A stretch of DNA of 63,828 nt, filler included, from Blastocystis sp. subtype 4 (lineage: Eukaryota), in the NCBI RefSeq assembly GCF_000743755.1. It is 18 parts of 18 records of this genome, joined end to end, with 100 filler letters (N's around TTAATTAATTAA, not from the genome) between each part and the next. Parts side by side here need not be neighbours in the genome. Positions count along the whole stretch, not along the records: positions 50,785 to 53,856 come from NW_014568951.1; positions 53,957 to 57,021 come from NW_014568950.1; positions 57,122 to 60,674 come from NW_014568949.1; positions 60,775 to 63,828 come from NW_014568948.1; 14 more parts are not named here. One strand, 5' to 3'. Numbering within the stretch: the first letter of the stretch is position 1; each line of letters opens with the position of its first letter. The notes under the pieces were generated by a model. The model ran no database searches, had not been told where the DNA came from, and saw only the letters and a list, made by a program, of their open reading frames with translations. This document shows positions 51,188 through 61,939 of this stretch, one piece after another. Made by a program: the position numbers and the translations under genes.

Positions 51188-53560
51188 ATGTCTTTGACTT
51201 CACGCAAATACAAGGAACGGATTGATCCTGAGAAGCTTAAGATGCTTATTAGTATGTTGGATAGTGACGAACTTGATCTTTCTCGATGTGAGAAGAAGCA
51301 TAACAAGTCCAAAGAGGAAATTCAACAGCAACTCCGTTCATCGTTCCTTACTATTAAGAAGAAATTAAAAGGTGAATATATCAACGTATCATACAGTTAT
51401 TCTGTGCCTAACTATGGAAGGGTATATGCTAAGAAACCATACTGCTCAATTGGATCACTTCCAAGAGAGATTCGTGGTACATTAGCCCAGGACTACTATG
51501 TTGACATCGATATTAACAACTGTCATCCAACATTGCTGGTTCAGCTGTGTGACCGCTACAAGATCAACTGCTCAAAGCTTCGTGATTATGTTAACAACCG
51601 GGATGAGTACCTTAGCAAAGTTCAAAATGCTTTTGATGTGGATCGTGATGCTGCCAAAGTTCTGTTTCTGGAATTGATGTATGGTGGAACATTTGAAAGT
51701 TGGTGTAAGAACTACAATGTGTGTGCCCAACTTCCACTTTGGTTAAATGAGATGATTAACTGTATCAAAGGCATTTATACTGATATACTGTTCCATTATC
51801 CAGATGAGATTAAGTTGTTGGAGGAGAATGGTAAGCCAGAAAAGGAGTACAACAGAGATGCTGCACTTATTTCGTGGATCTTACAAGATACTGAACGACA
51901 AATACTGGAAGTAATGATTAACTATCTAGCAAGGTATGGTAAATCAGTCACCAATTGTGTATTGTGCTTTGATGGGTTTATGATGTTGAAAGATAAGTAT
52001 GATCCAATGTTGCTTCCTAGCATTGAGAATGAAGTATACAAACAGACCAACTTCCGTATCAAACTGTCTACCAAGGGCTTTACCACAATTGACATTCCTG
52101 TTGAACATATTACACCAGTATCCTACAAAGCACCACCCACTGACTACTTTGATATTGGTGTGTTTGGGCAATGCAGTTATGTATCTTTCGAAGCAATGAA
52201 GGAATACTTTGAGCGGTTTAATTGTTACTGTGAGAAAGGTGATTGTATTGCCAGTTACAATGCGAAGATCCATGAAGTTGAGTTTCTTGAAATAGGAAAG
52301 GCAGCCAGAACACGGTTTGCTAACCTTAAGGACCATATCAACACAACTAATGATGGAGATCCAACATCTTTCTTCAATACCTGGGTTAACTGTCCAACAC
52401 GCAAAACAGCATATGCTATCAATTTCGTTCCGTTTAGTGGTACATTCAGCTTGGATACATGGTACAAAGAAGGTGTGATCAATACTTTCAGAGGATTCAA
52501 CCCTCTTATTGATAATTATGATCCTTCCCATGAAGCTGAGTTTGATGACTTCTACAACAACTACTTCCTGAAGCTTATTCACAATCTGTCTGAAGAGAAT
52601 GACGAATTTGCTAAGTGGGTTTTGCAGTTCTTTGCACAAATGATCCAACAACCTGAGAAACGTCCAAGAAGAGCTATATGCTTCATCGGTACTCAAGGTG
52701 ATGGTAAGAATGCTCTTCTTGATGCTATTAAGTATGTTATCTCCCTCAAACTGTACAACTCATCTAGTAAGCCAGAAGATTATTTTGGTGTTATTGCATC
52801 AGCCCATGCTGAGAAGCTTCTTGTGAATTTGGATGAATCAACTCGGAAGGGTTACTATGATCTTGAACCACGCATAAAGGAATTTGTAACAAAGGAGATT
52901 ATCAATGTTCGCAAGATGTATATGGATGCATTCAGTGTGAATAACTATGCACGACTTGTTAGCACATCAAACAAGACACAAGCCCTACCAATTGATTTTC
53001 AGAGTGGCGACCGTCGATTTGTTCTCTTCCATACTACGAATCCGTTCAAGAGTGTGAATAGCAAGGAGTACATTGATTTCTTTAACCACTTCTTCACTGT
53101 TATTGAATCAGATTGGTATCCTGCTCATATGTATAAGAAGATGATGTCAATTGACATTGCCGACTGGAATCCATATCTGTCGCTTGATACAAAACAGCTC
53201 AAGAAGACACGAGAAATGACCGGTACAACTGTGGATTGGTTCATGGAAAACAGAATTGATGATATTATCAAATATGCTGAGCAAGAATGCGGTAAAGGTG
53301 GGCCTATTCAAATTCCTAGCATGAAGTTGTACAATATGTACAAAGATTACTGTTTTGAGAATGGAATTGATAAACCACTTTCCAGTAAGTACTTCAAGGC
53401 TGAACTGGATAGTAACATACAATACCAAGGAATGATTGAATGGCATAGATACAATTATGGACGTATGTTTGTATTGGATCTTGGTATGCTTCGTATGTAT
53501 CGTAACTCACTGAATGAAAACTGTGAGGATGACCCATGTGAGTTTGAAGAGTATAATTGA
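51188..53560 (+). CDS. TV-Pol (PolA-like) polymerase/primase fused to an SF3 (D5-like) helicase and winged-helix C-terminus
   Basis: PolA-like motifs YGRVY, VDIDINNCHP (A), RDAAKVLFLELMYGG (B), LQDTE, VLCFDGFM (C). SF3 motifs GTQGDGKN (Walker A), LVNLDE (Walker B), LVSTSN (C), GDRRF. wHTH-like 'LYNMYKDYCFENGIDKPLSSKYF'. Confidence 0.85.
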   Translation: MSLTSRKYKERIDPEKLKMLISMLDSDELDLSRCEKKHNKSKEEIQQQLRSSFLTIKKKLKGEYINVSYSYSVPNYGRVYAKKPYCSIGSLPREIRGTLAQDYYVDIDINNCHPTLLVQLCDRYKINCSKLRDYVNNRDEYLSKVQNAFDVDRDAAKVLFLELMYGGTFESWCKNYNVCAQLPLWLNEMINCIKGIYTDILFHYPDEIKLLEENGKPEKEYNRDAALISWILQDTERQILEVMINYLARYGKSVTNCVLCFDGFMMLKDKYDPMLLPSIENEVYKQTNFRIKLSTKGFTTIDIPVEHITPVSYKAPPTDYFDIGVFGQCSYVSFEAMKEYFERFNCYCEKGDCIASYNAKIHEVEFLEIGKAARTRFANLKDHINTTNDGDPTSFFNTWVNCPTRKTAYAINFVPFSGTFSLDTWYKEGVINTFRGFNPLIDNYDPSHEAEFDDFYNNYFLKLIHNLSEENDEFAKWVLQFFAQMIQQPEKRPRRAICFIGTQGDGKNALLDAIKYVISLKLYNSSSKPEDYFGVIASAHAEKLLVNLDESTRKGYYDLEPRIKEFVTKEIINVRKMYMDAFSVNNYARLVSTSNKTQALPIDFQSGDRRFVLFHTTNPFKSVNSKEYIDFFNHFFTVIESDWYPAHMYKKMMSIDIADWNPYLSLDTKQLKKTREMTGTTVDWFMENRIDDIIKYAEQECGKGGPIQIPSMKLYNMYKDYCFENGIDKPLSSKYFKAELDSNIQYQGMIEWHRYNYGRMFVLDLGMLRMYRNSLNENCEDDPCEFEEYN

Positions 53561-53616
53561 AGATTAAATGAATGCTATGCATTGAGTATTGTTTGTAACA
53601 AATGATCGATCAGATC

Positions 53617-53856
53617 TGATTATTTACTTTGAGGAAATGGAAATTCTCAACAAATCTGCCGTCACCTTTCCTCCGAAATAGCCCATCTTTTGGCTTGATC
53701 ATGAGGTGAAAAGTGACGGAGTGACGGGTGACGGGTCAATTTCATAAAACTCTTTCAAAATGGTAAAATGGAAAGGTATAAAGGGGTCGATTTTCCAAAT
53801 TAGCAACTTGATTTTGCAAAATGGATTGATTTTCCAAAATAGCAAAATGGAAAATC
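53617..53856 (-). repeat. Right inverted repeat arm
   Basis: Reverse complement of the left arm, but lacks the roughly 30-bp insert at about 50884-50917. Confidence 0.92.
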
Positions 53857-53956
53857 NNNNNNNNNNNNNNNNNNNNNNNNNNNNNNNNNNNNNNNNNNNN
53901 TTAATTAATTAANNNNNNNNNNNNNNNNNNNNNNNNNNNNNNNNNNNNNNNNNNNN

Positions 53957-54584
53957 ATTCTGTGGATAAGAAATTGAATCAGCCTGTACCAGAATAAGCA
54001 GCTTCAAGGAACTTGTTGAGAGGCTCTAATAGACTATTCTCCGATATGTCATCTGGTGTGATGAGAGGTACTGCAATGGGACAAGGAGAGAAATGAAAGT
54101 GAGTGAAGACAAACTGACCTTTTAGAGGAGGAACTTCATAGATTTCTTGCTGATTTGTTAATGAAAGAATGGAACATTACAGAAAGAGGTTGTGGCGATG
54201 GATTCTGAACAGTTGTGAAGGAATGAAGGACCGCCTCATCTCGTTGGATGTTCTGAATACGTTCTTGGAGTGACAACGATGGTCCTATTTCCGAAGATTG
54301 TGGAACAGGCTTTCTTGTCAACAGAGGCGAGTAGAAGGGAATTTCGAGTCTTGAAATGAAGGAAACAGAGAGTCGAATACATATCATCCGTCGAACTCGT
54401 ATCACTATCTTCAGTGTCAGACATGCTGTTCAAATCTGAGTTTGAAACTTAGCGAAGATTGGATCTTTGGAAATGCCTAAGGTTCCNACGTGTAAATTCA
54501 CTTTGATGTGTTTGTTGACAATCTGATCATTGCGACAATTGTCTTGATTCTGGGAATTGGGTTGACCCCATTCTGAAGGTCCAT
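53957..54584 (-). CDS. Hypothetical multi-exon protein, 5' part
   Basis: Minus-strand frames joined by about 31-nt GT-AG introns; no recognisable domain. Confidence 0.4.
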
Positions 54585-54690
54585 TTCTCTAGTTCTTAAG
54601 GAATGACAGAAATCAAGAGTCCATTCAGTCCAAGAAACAAGATGATTTTGGTGGATTGTTGGAATTGGTTATCTTTACAAACAGCCAGTA

Positions 54691-56438
54691 ATGGAGCACG
54701 ACGAAATTATCATTCTTGACTTTGGTTCTCAGTACAGCCATCTAATCGCTCGTCGCGTGCGAGGAAGGGGTTTGGAGTGTTTTCTCATTTCTAGAGTTTA
54801 ATGTGTATTGTGAACTGTTCTCTTGTCTGGTAGATGTGAAGGTAGTGATGGAGAAGAAGAATGTGCGTGTTTGTCTTGTTGTTGTGGAAGTGAGGTTTGT
54901 AGGGTGTTATCTTTTCGGGTGGTCCAAGTAGTGTCTATGAGAAGGATGCCCCTCATGTTTCGGCTGCTTTGTGGAAGTATCTTGAAGAGTCTCATCTTCC
55001 GTTGTTGGGAATCTGTTATGGTCTCCAAGAGATTGCATATCACTATGGAGGAACGGTAGCTTCTTGTGAGCATCGTGAATATGGTCATGCTCTTGTTGGT
55101 ATTGTTGATAATCTGTCAGGTGAGGGAAGAGTATTGATATGATGAATAGAATCTCAGCATAAGAAGGCCTTGGATTTGTTTGAAGGTTTGGAGAGTTCCT
55201 TCCAAGTGTGGATGAGTCATGGAGACAAGTTATCTGCACTGCCGAAAGGATTCTTCGATATTGGTGCAACGAAGAATGCAGAACATGCAGCGATTGCTAG
55301 TGAGACGAGTGCGATGTATGGTATTCAGTTCCATCCCGAAGTGACTCATACGCCTCAGGGTCGTATTCTGTTGAAGAATTTCGTGTGTGGTGTGTGTAAG
55401 GCGAAGGCAGATTGGTTCATGGGTTCATTTGTGCAGGAGGCAGTCGATCGTATTCGTAGAGAGGTGGGTGAGAATGGGCATGTGATTGGTGCTGTGAGTG
55501 GTGGTGTGGACAGTAGTGTGGCTGCTGTTCTCCTGAATCGTGCGATTGGAAATCGATTCCACGCAGTGTTGGTGGACAATGGACTGTTGCGTATGAATGA
55601 GAGTCAGGAGGTATTGGAGCGTTTGGGAGGTGCTGGGATTGATCTGACGTTAGCTGATGCTTCAGAGCTGTTCCTATCAAAGTTGGCTGGTGTGTCAGAT
55701 CCAGAACAGAAGCGTAAGATCATCGGAGGCACATTTATTGATGTATGAATGAAAGGAGAGAATGAGAGATAGGTATTTGAAGCTGAAGCAAAGAAGATTG
55801 AAGAGAGAGTGGGTCATGTTGACTTCCTGTTACAAGGTACACTGTATCCTGATGTGATCGAGTCCACTTCATTCCGTGGTCCTTCAGCTACAATCAAGTC
55901 CCATCACAATGTTGGTGGATTGAAGGAGAACATGAAGTTGAAGCTGATTGAACCATTACGAGAACTGTTTAAGGATGAGGTACGAGAGTTGGGAAAGGAG
56001 TTGGGTCTTCCTCATGAGTGTATTTGGAGACATCCATTCCCAGGTCCTGGTTTGGCTATTCGTTGTATTGGAGCTGTGAGTAAGGAACAGCTGGATATTC
56101 TGCGTCAGGCTGATAAGATTCTGATTGATGAGATTCGTGCAGCTGGTGAGTATGAGAAGATTGGACAGGCTTTGGTAGTGCTTCTGCCTGTTCGTTCTGT
56201 GGGTGTGATGGGAGATGGTCGTACTTATGAACAGGTGAGAATGACTGAAGGAGATGAAGTGTAGACTGCAGCAATTCGTTGTGTTCAGACTACAGACTAT
56301 ATGACTGCAGATTGGTACCGTTTCCCTTATGATCTGTTGGCTCGTATCTCGAATCGTATCATCAATGAAGTGAAAGGAATCAATCGTTGTGTTTATGATA
56401 TCTCTTCGAAGCCTCCAGCCACTATTGAGTGGGAATGA
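54691..56438 (+). CDS. GUA1: GMP synthase (glutamine-hydrolysing)
   Basis: [78 protein letters not shown]. Confidence 0.96.
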
Positions 56439-56570
56439 GTTACTCTTTTATGTTTGGTTTGTTTGGTGAGAAGACAGTAAGTGTTCAAAGAGACTGATAT
56501 TCCCACTTGTATTCATATAGTTCAACAAACAAATCATAAGGCTTTCATGACTTTAAAAGGAGTGTCTTGT

Positions 56571-56994
56571 TTACCAGTCATCGTCATCATCTCCAAAGAG
56601 ACCACCTCCAGACATATCAATATCCTCCTCCTCTTCTTCCTCTTCCTTCTTCTCCTCCTTCTTCTCCTCAGCAGCTTCACCTTCAGCAGCAGCGGCAGCT
56701 ACCTATCAAATACTCTCATATCATATACCAGCGACAGGAGCAGCAGCACCACAGCTAGGCTTCAACAGAAGCTCACTAATGTCCTTCTCACCAAGATACT
56801 TGGCGAACAGCATAGGCCAGTAGGGCTCAACAGTGTTGTTGGTAGCCTTCAACACCTATTCACTCATTTCAACACTCAAACAACCCAACCTTCTCAATCA
56901 TAGCGGTCTCAACCTTAACACCACCATCAGCAAGCAAGAGAGTAGCGAGGGCACAGACAACCTCGTCGTGTTCAGCAGGAGCAACAAAAGCCAT
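56571..56994 (-). CDS. RPLP1: 60S acidic ribosomal protein P1
   Basis: 'CALATLLLADGGV', 'VEPYWPMLFAKYL', Ala-rich hinge and acidic tail; two short introns. Confidence 0.9.
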
Positions 56995-57363
56995 TCGTAG
57001 CCTAGTTATTTGTGGGAACAANNNNNNNNNNNNNNNNNNNNNNNNNNNNNNNNNNNNNNNNNNNNTTAATTAATTAANNNNNNNNNNNNNNNNNNNNNNN
57101 NNNNNNNNNNNNNNNNNNNNNTAGTATTAGAACTCACAACTAGTCTATTGATCTAATGCTTTCATACTTATTCAGTGTTTATCTTAGGATCAGAATCACA
57201 TCATGGAGACGGTATCTCGCAGGATTCACTAAAGTAATATGGACATTCCAAACAACCAATATCTTCAAAGAATCATGAAAAGGACTAATACTACTGAACT
57301 TCTCTTTGATTCCAGTACTTTGATAAGTATGCTACATTTATTTTGAGAGTCATTGTTAACTTA

Positions 57364-57558
57364 ATGGGGAATACATGTGGAAAGTTAAGTGGAAAAGAAG
57401 CATTTGAAAGAGGATATGGATCTCCAGGAATCGCTCGTAACAGTAGAGCAGCTCATGATATGAGTAAAGCATGGTCAAGTGGAAGTGGTATGAGTACTGT
57501 GTCATATAATCAGAGTGAAGGAGCTAAATATGCAAATTCCATAGCAAATAGTGGATAA
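57364..57558 (+). CDS. 64-aa polar ISG12-like derivative with an MGxxC acylation-type N-terminus
   Basis: MGNTCGK...GYGSPGIARNSRAAHDMSKAWSSGSGMSTVSYNQSEGAKYAN aligns with the ISG12-like core at 39048-41183. TAA followed by TC-TGTTTGTT. Confidence 0.55.
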   Translation: MGNTCGKLSGKEAFERGYGSPGIARNSRAAHDMSKAWSSGSGMSTVSYNQSEGAKYANSIANSG

Positions 57559-57777
57559 TCTGTTTGTTGAAGAGAAGTAGAAAGTGTTACTATCATTGAT
57601 CTGATCAACTACTTTCCTTTCGTTGAACATCGAATGTATACTACTGAAACAATATAATAAATACCAATTCAATACCAAATCCAGAATATCTGGATTCCAC
57701 GGGAGTTAGATTGTTTGATCATTTGAACTTCTGGATTTGGGATGATTGCTGAACTCTTTAAAGTGTGGTGCTAAAGA

Positions 57778-60674
57778 ATGCACAAGCTCAGTCTAGTTCT
57801 ATTGAATTGTAATCATCTGTCCATCCTCTCACCATTAGTATTGGTTATTGTCCATTCGTTATCATGTTCTTCTGATCAATTGTACTTGAAGGTTGTTAAG
57901 CAAAGCAGAGCAAAAGCATCTGAAGAATCCTTTTCCATTCGATCAGACTCCACGCTGTATTTCACTTCTCCTACATATTTCAACAACGAACTTGCTACTC
58001 ATGAATTGTGTGTTCCTCAGAATGTCAATAATCTGTATTTGATCATGCATGACAGTAATGGTGATTCTTGGTCGTTCTTGGATAGAAGTCCGAAAAGGGA
58101 ATAACGAATTCATTCTCAATACGGTAATGACAGAAATGTATGATGAACGAGTGATCATCATTTCTACTGAAACAGCAGCCCCAACTATTCAATGCCAAGA
58201 GAATCAGGAGTACATGAAGATTGTATTTAGTAAGAATGATTATGGAGATAGCAACTCATACCAGATCACTGATGGTTCTACTGTACTGTATTCTTCTGGA
58301 TATATGTACCTATACTATTGATATGTAACCATCACACCAAACTATCAATACACACTGGTTATGAGAAACTCTTATGGTAATGGTTGGGGGAATGATTGGA
58401 TTGAAATCTACAATAAGATGAATGAACGTGTTGTTTATGCAACGATGGAACAATGGGCTGTACAACAACAGGTTAACTTTGTTCTCTTGACTTCATTACC
58501 TGTTCAGACTATCTGTTCAGATGGGAAAATCTATCTGAAGATCACAAAGAAGACAGATTCAAGTGGTATTGATGAATCCTTCCAGATTCAATCTGATAAT
58601 GATGTGTTGTATTCATCTACCATAGCTGAGGTTGGAACAACTAGAAACTACTTTGTCTGTTTGCCTCCTTCAACAGATCTTCAATACTCATTAACCATGC
58701 TTGATACAGATGGTACATGGTCAGGTGGATCATGGATTGAACTCCGAAGTGTCAACAACAATCTAGTACTGAAATCCTTCATGACAACTCAAAGTGAACA
58801 AACTGTTCCTTTCTCCTTATCCACTCCTATTCCCAAAGGAGCAAAATGGTATTTCCGTAGCATATATCAACAGGATTGGTACAGATCTAGTTTTGAAAGC
58901 AATGTATGGACAANNNNNNNNNNNNNNNNNNNACAGTTTATTACTACAAACCATTTCATGGAGTTGAGAATATGAGTGCTGTAGAAACAGTATTCCGATA
59001 TCGTTATGGTATTATTGCCTATCTGAATGGTTTTGAAATCTATCGAGATAAGATGCCTCTGGGTGAAGTGAATCGAATGACTCTGTCAACAGATTCTTAT
59101 TCATCCTATGATTATCGAGGAGTGATTCGACCTGCATTATTCATTCATAATGATAATAAGAATCATCTTTAATTCTGATCTTCGTTCCTCTATTGACTTT
59201 GATGCTTATCTTGCTCTTCTTCCTGGTACTACTGGACAGAATTGTTATGTGTATCCCTATGACATTAGTATTCAATCCTCATCCTCCTACATGTATTCTA
59301 GCAGCTATGCAGTTGATTGGTCTGGAGCTTATGCCTATTCATCATCCTGGAATTCAATCTCCATCACATTTGCATTCTCCACAATTCTGCCTACAATCTC
59401 TCAGATGCGAATGTGGTATGGAGCCGATACAAATGGATTCCCTTCCTTTAGTATGCGCTTCTCTAATACAAATCTAGGTAACACATCAGCTATATGGCAA
59501 GATGTCCTTTCTGTATCCAATACAATCTACAGTGCAAACTCATGGTCCATGTTTAACAACAACGACTCTTTGATGAGTACTTCACTTGTTGAATTCAATG
59601 CTGGATACAATAGTTATTCGTTTTCCATCTATGAACTCCAATTCCTAATCTGTAATGCTCCTGAGACTCTGACTTATTCATCCTTTTCCTTCATCTTCTA
59701 TCTGAATCAACCTGTTCAGAATGTTGGAGTGACACAGAATAGTACAGATTGTCGAATCTCTCCTTCACTTCCTTCAGGTCTCACAATCAGTGATGCTTGT
59801 GTGATCTCAGGTACTCCTTCCTCTGTCTCCAATACAACTGTCTATTCTGTTATGGCTCGAGTGAATAACACTATTGCTATTGGAACTGTAATGATTTCTG
59901 TTCGAACATGTGAGAATCTGGTGACTATTCGAGTTCGAGGAGATGCCTATCCTACACAGAATGCTTGGAGTTTATTCTCTGGTCGATATCTTAATGGAAC
60001 TCTCATTCAATCTGTTGACTCGTTGTATGTATCGAATGCATATTACAACTATGATTTCTGTTTGGATCCAGGTATCTACACATTCCTAGCTCTGAGTTTG
60101 GATGGAGATGGATGGGAAGCTAAAGCTGGATATACTCTGACTGTAGATGGAGGTGAAATGGATGTGGATATCATGGAGGTGAGTTCTCCTTCTGTTACCT
60201 CTGTTTTCTCAACATATTTCCCTTTCCAGATTGAATACACAGATTGGAAGGTGATACAGAGTGATGTGTCAAGTGATTGGAATACTGTCAGTTTCGATGA
60301 TTCCACTTGGAACACATACAAGGCTGTTGATATTCCTTCCACTTCTTCAATCACAACATATATCCGAAAGAGTTTCACAATGAATGGAGTGAATGATTAC
60401 CAAGTGTTGAATGTTCGAGTGAAGTATTCTGGAGGAGTGACTGCCTATCTGAATGGAAATCTGGTTGCTCGATTCAATCTTGAAGATGGCTTTGATTCAA
60501 CAACTCTATCAATCACTGATCATGATTCTACTGTGTTCTCGAAGTTCCATGTGATTCTGTCAACAGCTGGAATTCAGGAAGGCATTAATGTATTCAGTTT
60601 CGAGATTCATCGTCCTTTGAGTGGTTCTTCTTCTGATCCTGTTGTGTTTGATGCTACTGGAGTATTTGGAGTTG
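57778..60674 (+). pseudogene. Large surface-protein family copy with several frame breaks (3' truncated)
   Basis: Same modules as other copies (YRYGIIAYLNGFEIYRD, ISPSLPSGLTISDACVISGTP). Frame breaks near 58070, 58320 and 59160; internal N-run at 58914-58932. Confidence 0.6.
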
Positions 60675-60774
60675 NNNNNNNNNNNNNNNNNNNNNNNNNN
60701 NNNNNNNNNNNNNNNNNNTTAATTAATTAANNNNNNNNNNNNNNNNNNNNNNNNNNNNNNNNNNNNNNNNNNNN

Positions 60775-61048
60775 TGGAGCTGGAATGACTTCAGCCTTCT
60801 TGAGTGGGAATATGATGATTGAATGAGTGATAGTGACTCCAATGGATGTAATCAAGACTCGTGTACAAGCAGCGAAAGGAACAAAGATGAGTAGTTCATT
60901 CTATGAGATGTTCCGAAATGTTCTGAAAACAGAAGGAGTGAGAGCTTTGTTCAAAGGCGCTTCTATGCGTATCTGTGTCCAAGCACCGATGTTCGCTATC
61001 ATGACTACTGCTTTTGAACTTCAGAAGCGTTACATTGCTTCAAAGTGA
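60775..61048 (+). CDS. Mitochondrial carrier family protein, C-terminal fragment
   Basis: 'TPMDVIKTRVQ' (PxDxxKxR) and 'EGVRALFKG...R'. Confidence 0.85.
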
Positions 61049-61068
61049 ATAGTCTTTTTTGTTCTTTT

Positions 61069-61927
61069 ATGCAATCATGTTTGTTTTTTATCTTATTTTC
61101 ATTTTTAGCACACGCATACAAAGGAGTCGTTATTGGGGGTACATGTTCGCCGAATTCGTGATCATTAGCAACTGGAGCTGTTGGAATTCAATTGGTCGCT
61201 GAGCTACTAAAGTCAGATAAATGGAGCAAAGTTTTGACATTAACACGGTTGTAGTTAGGATGAAGAGTGAAGTGTAGAAGGGATTATGAACTTCCAAGTG
61301 ACTCTGGAATCAACACCCAAAGGGAAGTTGAAAATGGAAGATTGGAGAAGCGAATCATTGACTTTGAGAAAGTCCAAGATGAAGTTGAAGGACTTCGCGG
61401 ATATGACTACATGTTTTCTTGCTTTGGAACAACGAGAAAGGATGCTGGATCTGCTGTTTGTCTTAATTATTATGATCTTATGTAGAATGCCTTTATGCAT
61501 ATTGACCATGACTTTAATGTAAATGCTGCAAAAGCAGCAAAAGATGCTGGTATTCGGTACTATGGTCTGTTGAGTTCAGTCGGTGCTAAAGCCAGCAGTT
61601 GTTTTCTCTATCTGCAGTGCAAAGGGCTCATTGAGGATCACTTGAAGGAACTGAATTTTGACACTCTAGACATTTTTCAACCTGGTTCTCTTGATCGTGG
61701 CGCTATGTCTCGTTGGAATGAGTCAGCTCTTAAATGGGCCTTGCATTATACTCCTGTTCAAGCTGTTGCCCATGCAATGCGACTCACAGCAGGTATCTAC
61801 TGTTGATTGCATTGATGTATTAGAAATGCGATTATCATCTCAGGAATCAAATAAAGAATGTCATGTTCATTCTACTAAAGACATTGAAGAAATGTGTTCT
61901 CTTTCTTCAAAAAAAACAACTCAATAA
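61069..61927 (+). CDS. HTATIP2/TIP30 (Fmp52)-like NAD(P)-binding protein
   Basis: Spliced 'GVVIGATGAVG', 'FSCFGTTRKDAGSA', 'IDHDFNV..AK', 'SSVGA..SS.FLYLQCKG.IE', 'IFQPGSL'. Confidence 0.82.
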
Positions 61928-61939
61928 CAAAAGCAGCAA

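Larger units (their letters stand above)
50785..53856. mobile_element. Inverted-repeat-bounded 3.07-kb element encoding a single polymerase/primase-helicase
   Basis: Occupies a whole contig. Ends are exact reverse complements over 99 bp, with patchy similarity to about 300 bp on the left and 240 bp on the right. One intronless 790-aa ORF. Confidence 0.85.

Noticed and set aside
50785..53856. Interpretation as a classical cut-and-paste TIR transposon or Helitron
   Set aside because: No DDE transposase, tyrosine recombinase or HUH motifs seen; the ORF has polymerase and SF3 helicase motifs instead, and flanks are unavailable to check target-site duplications.
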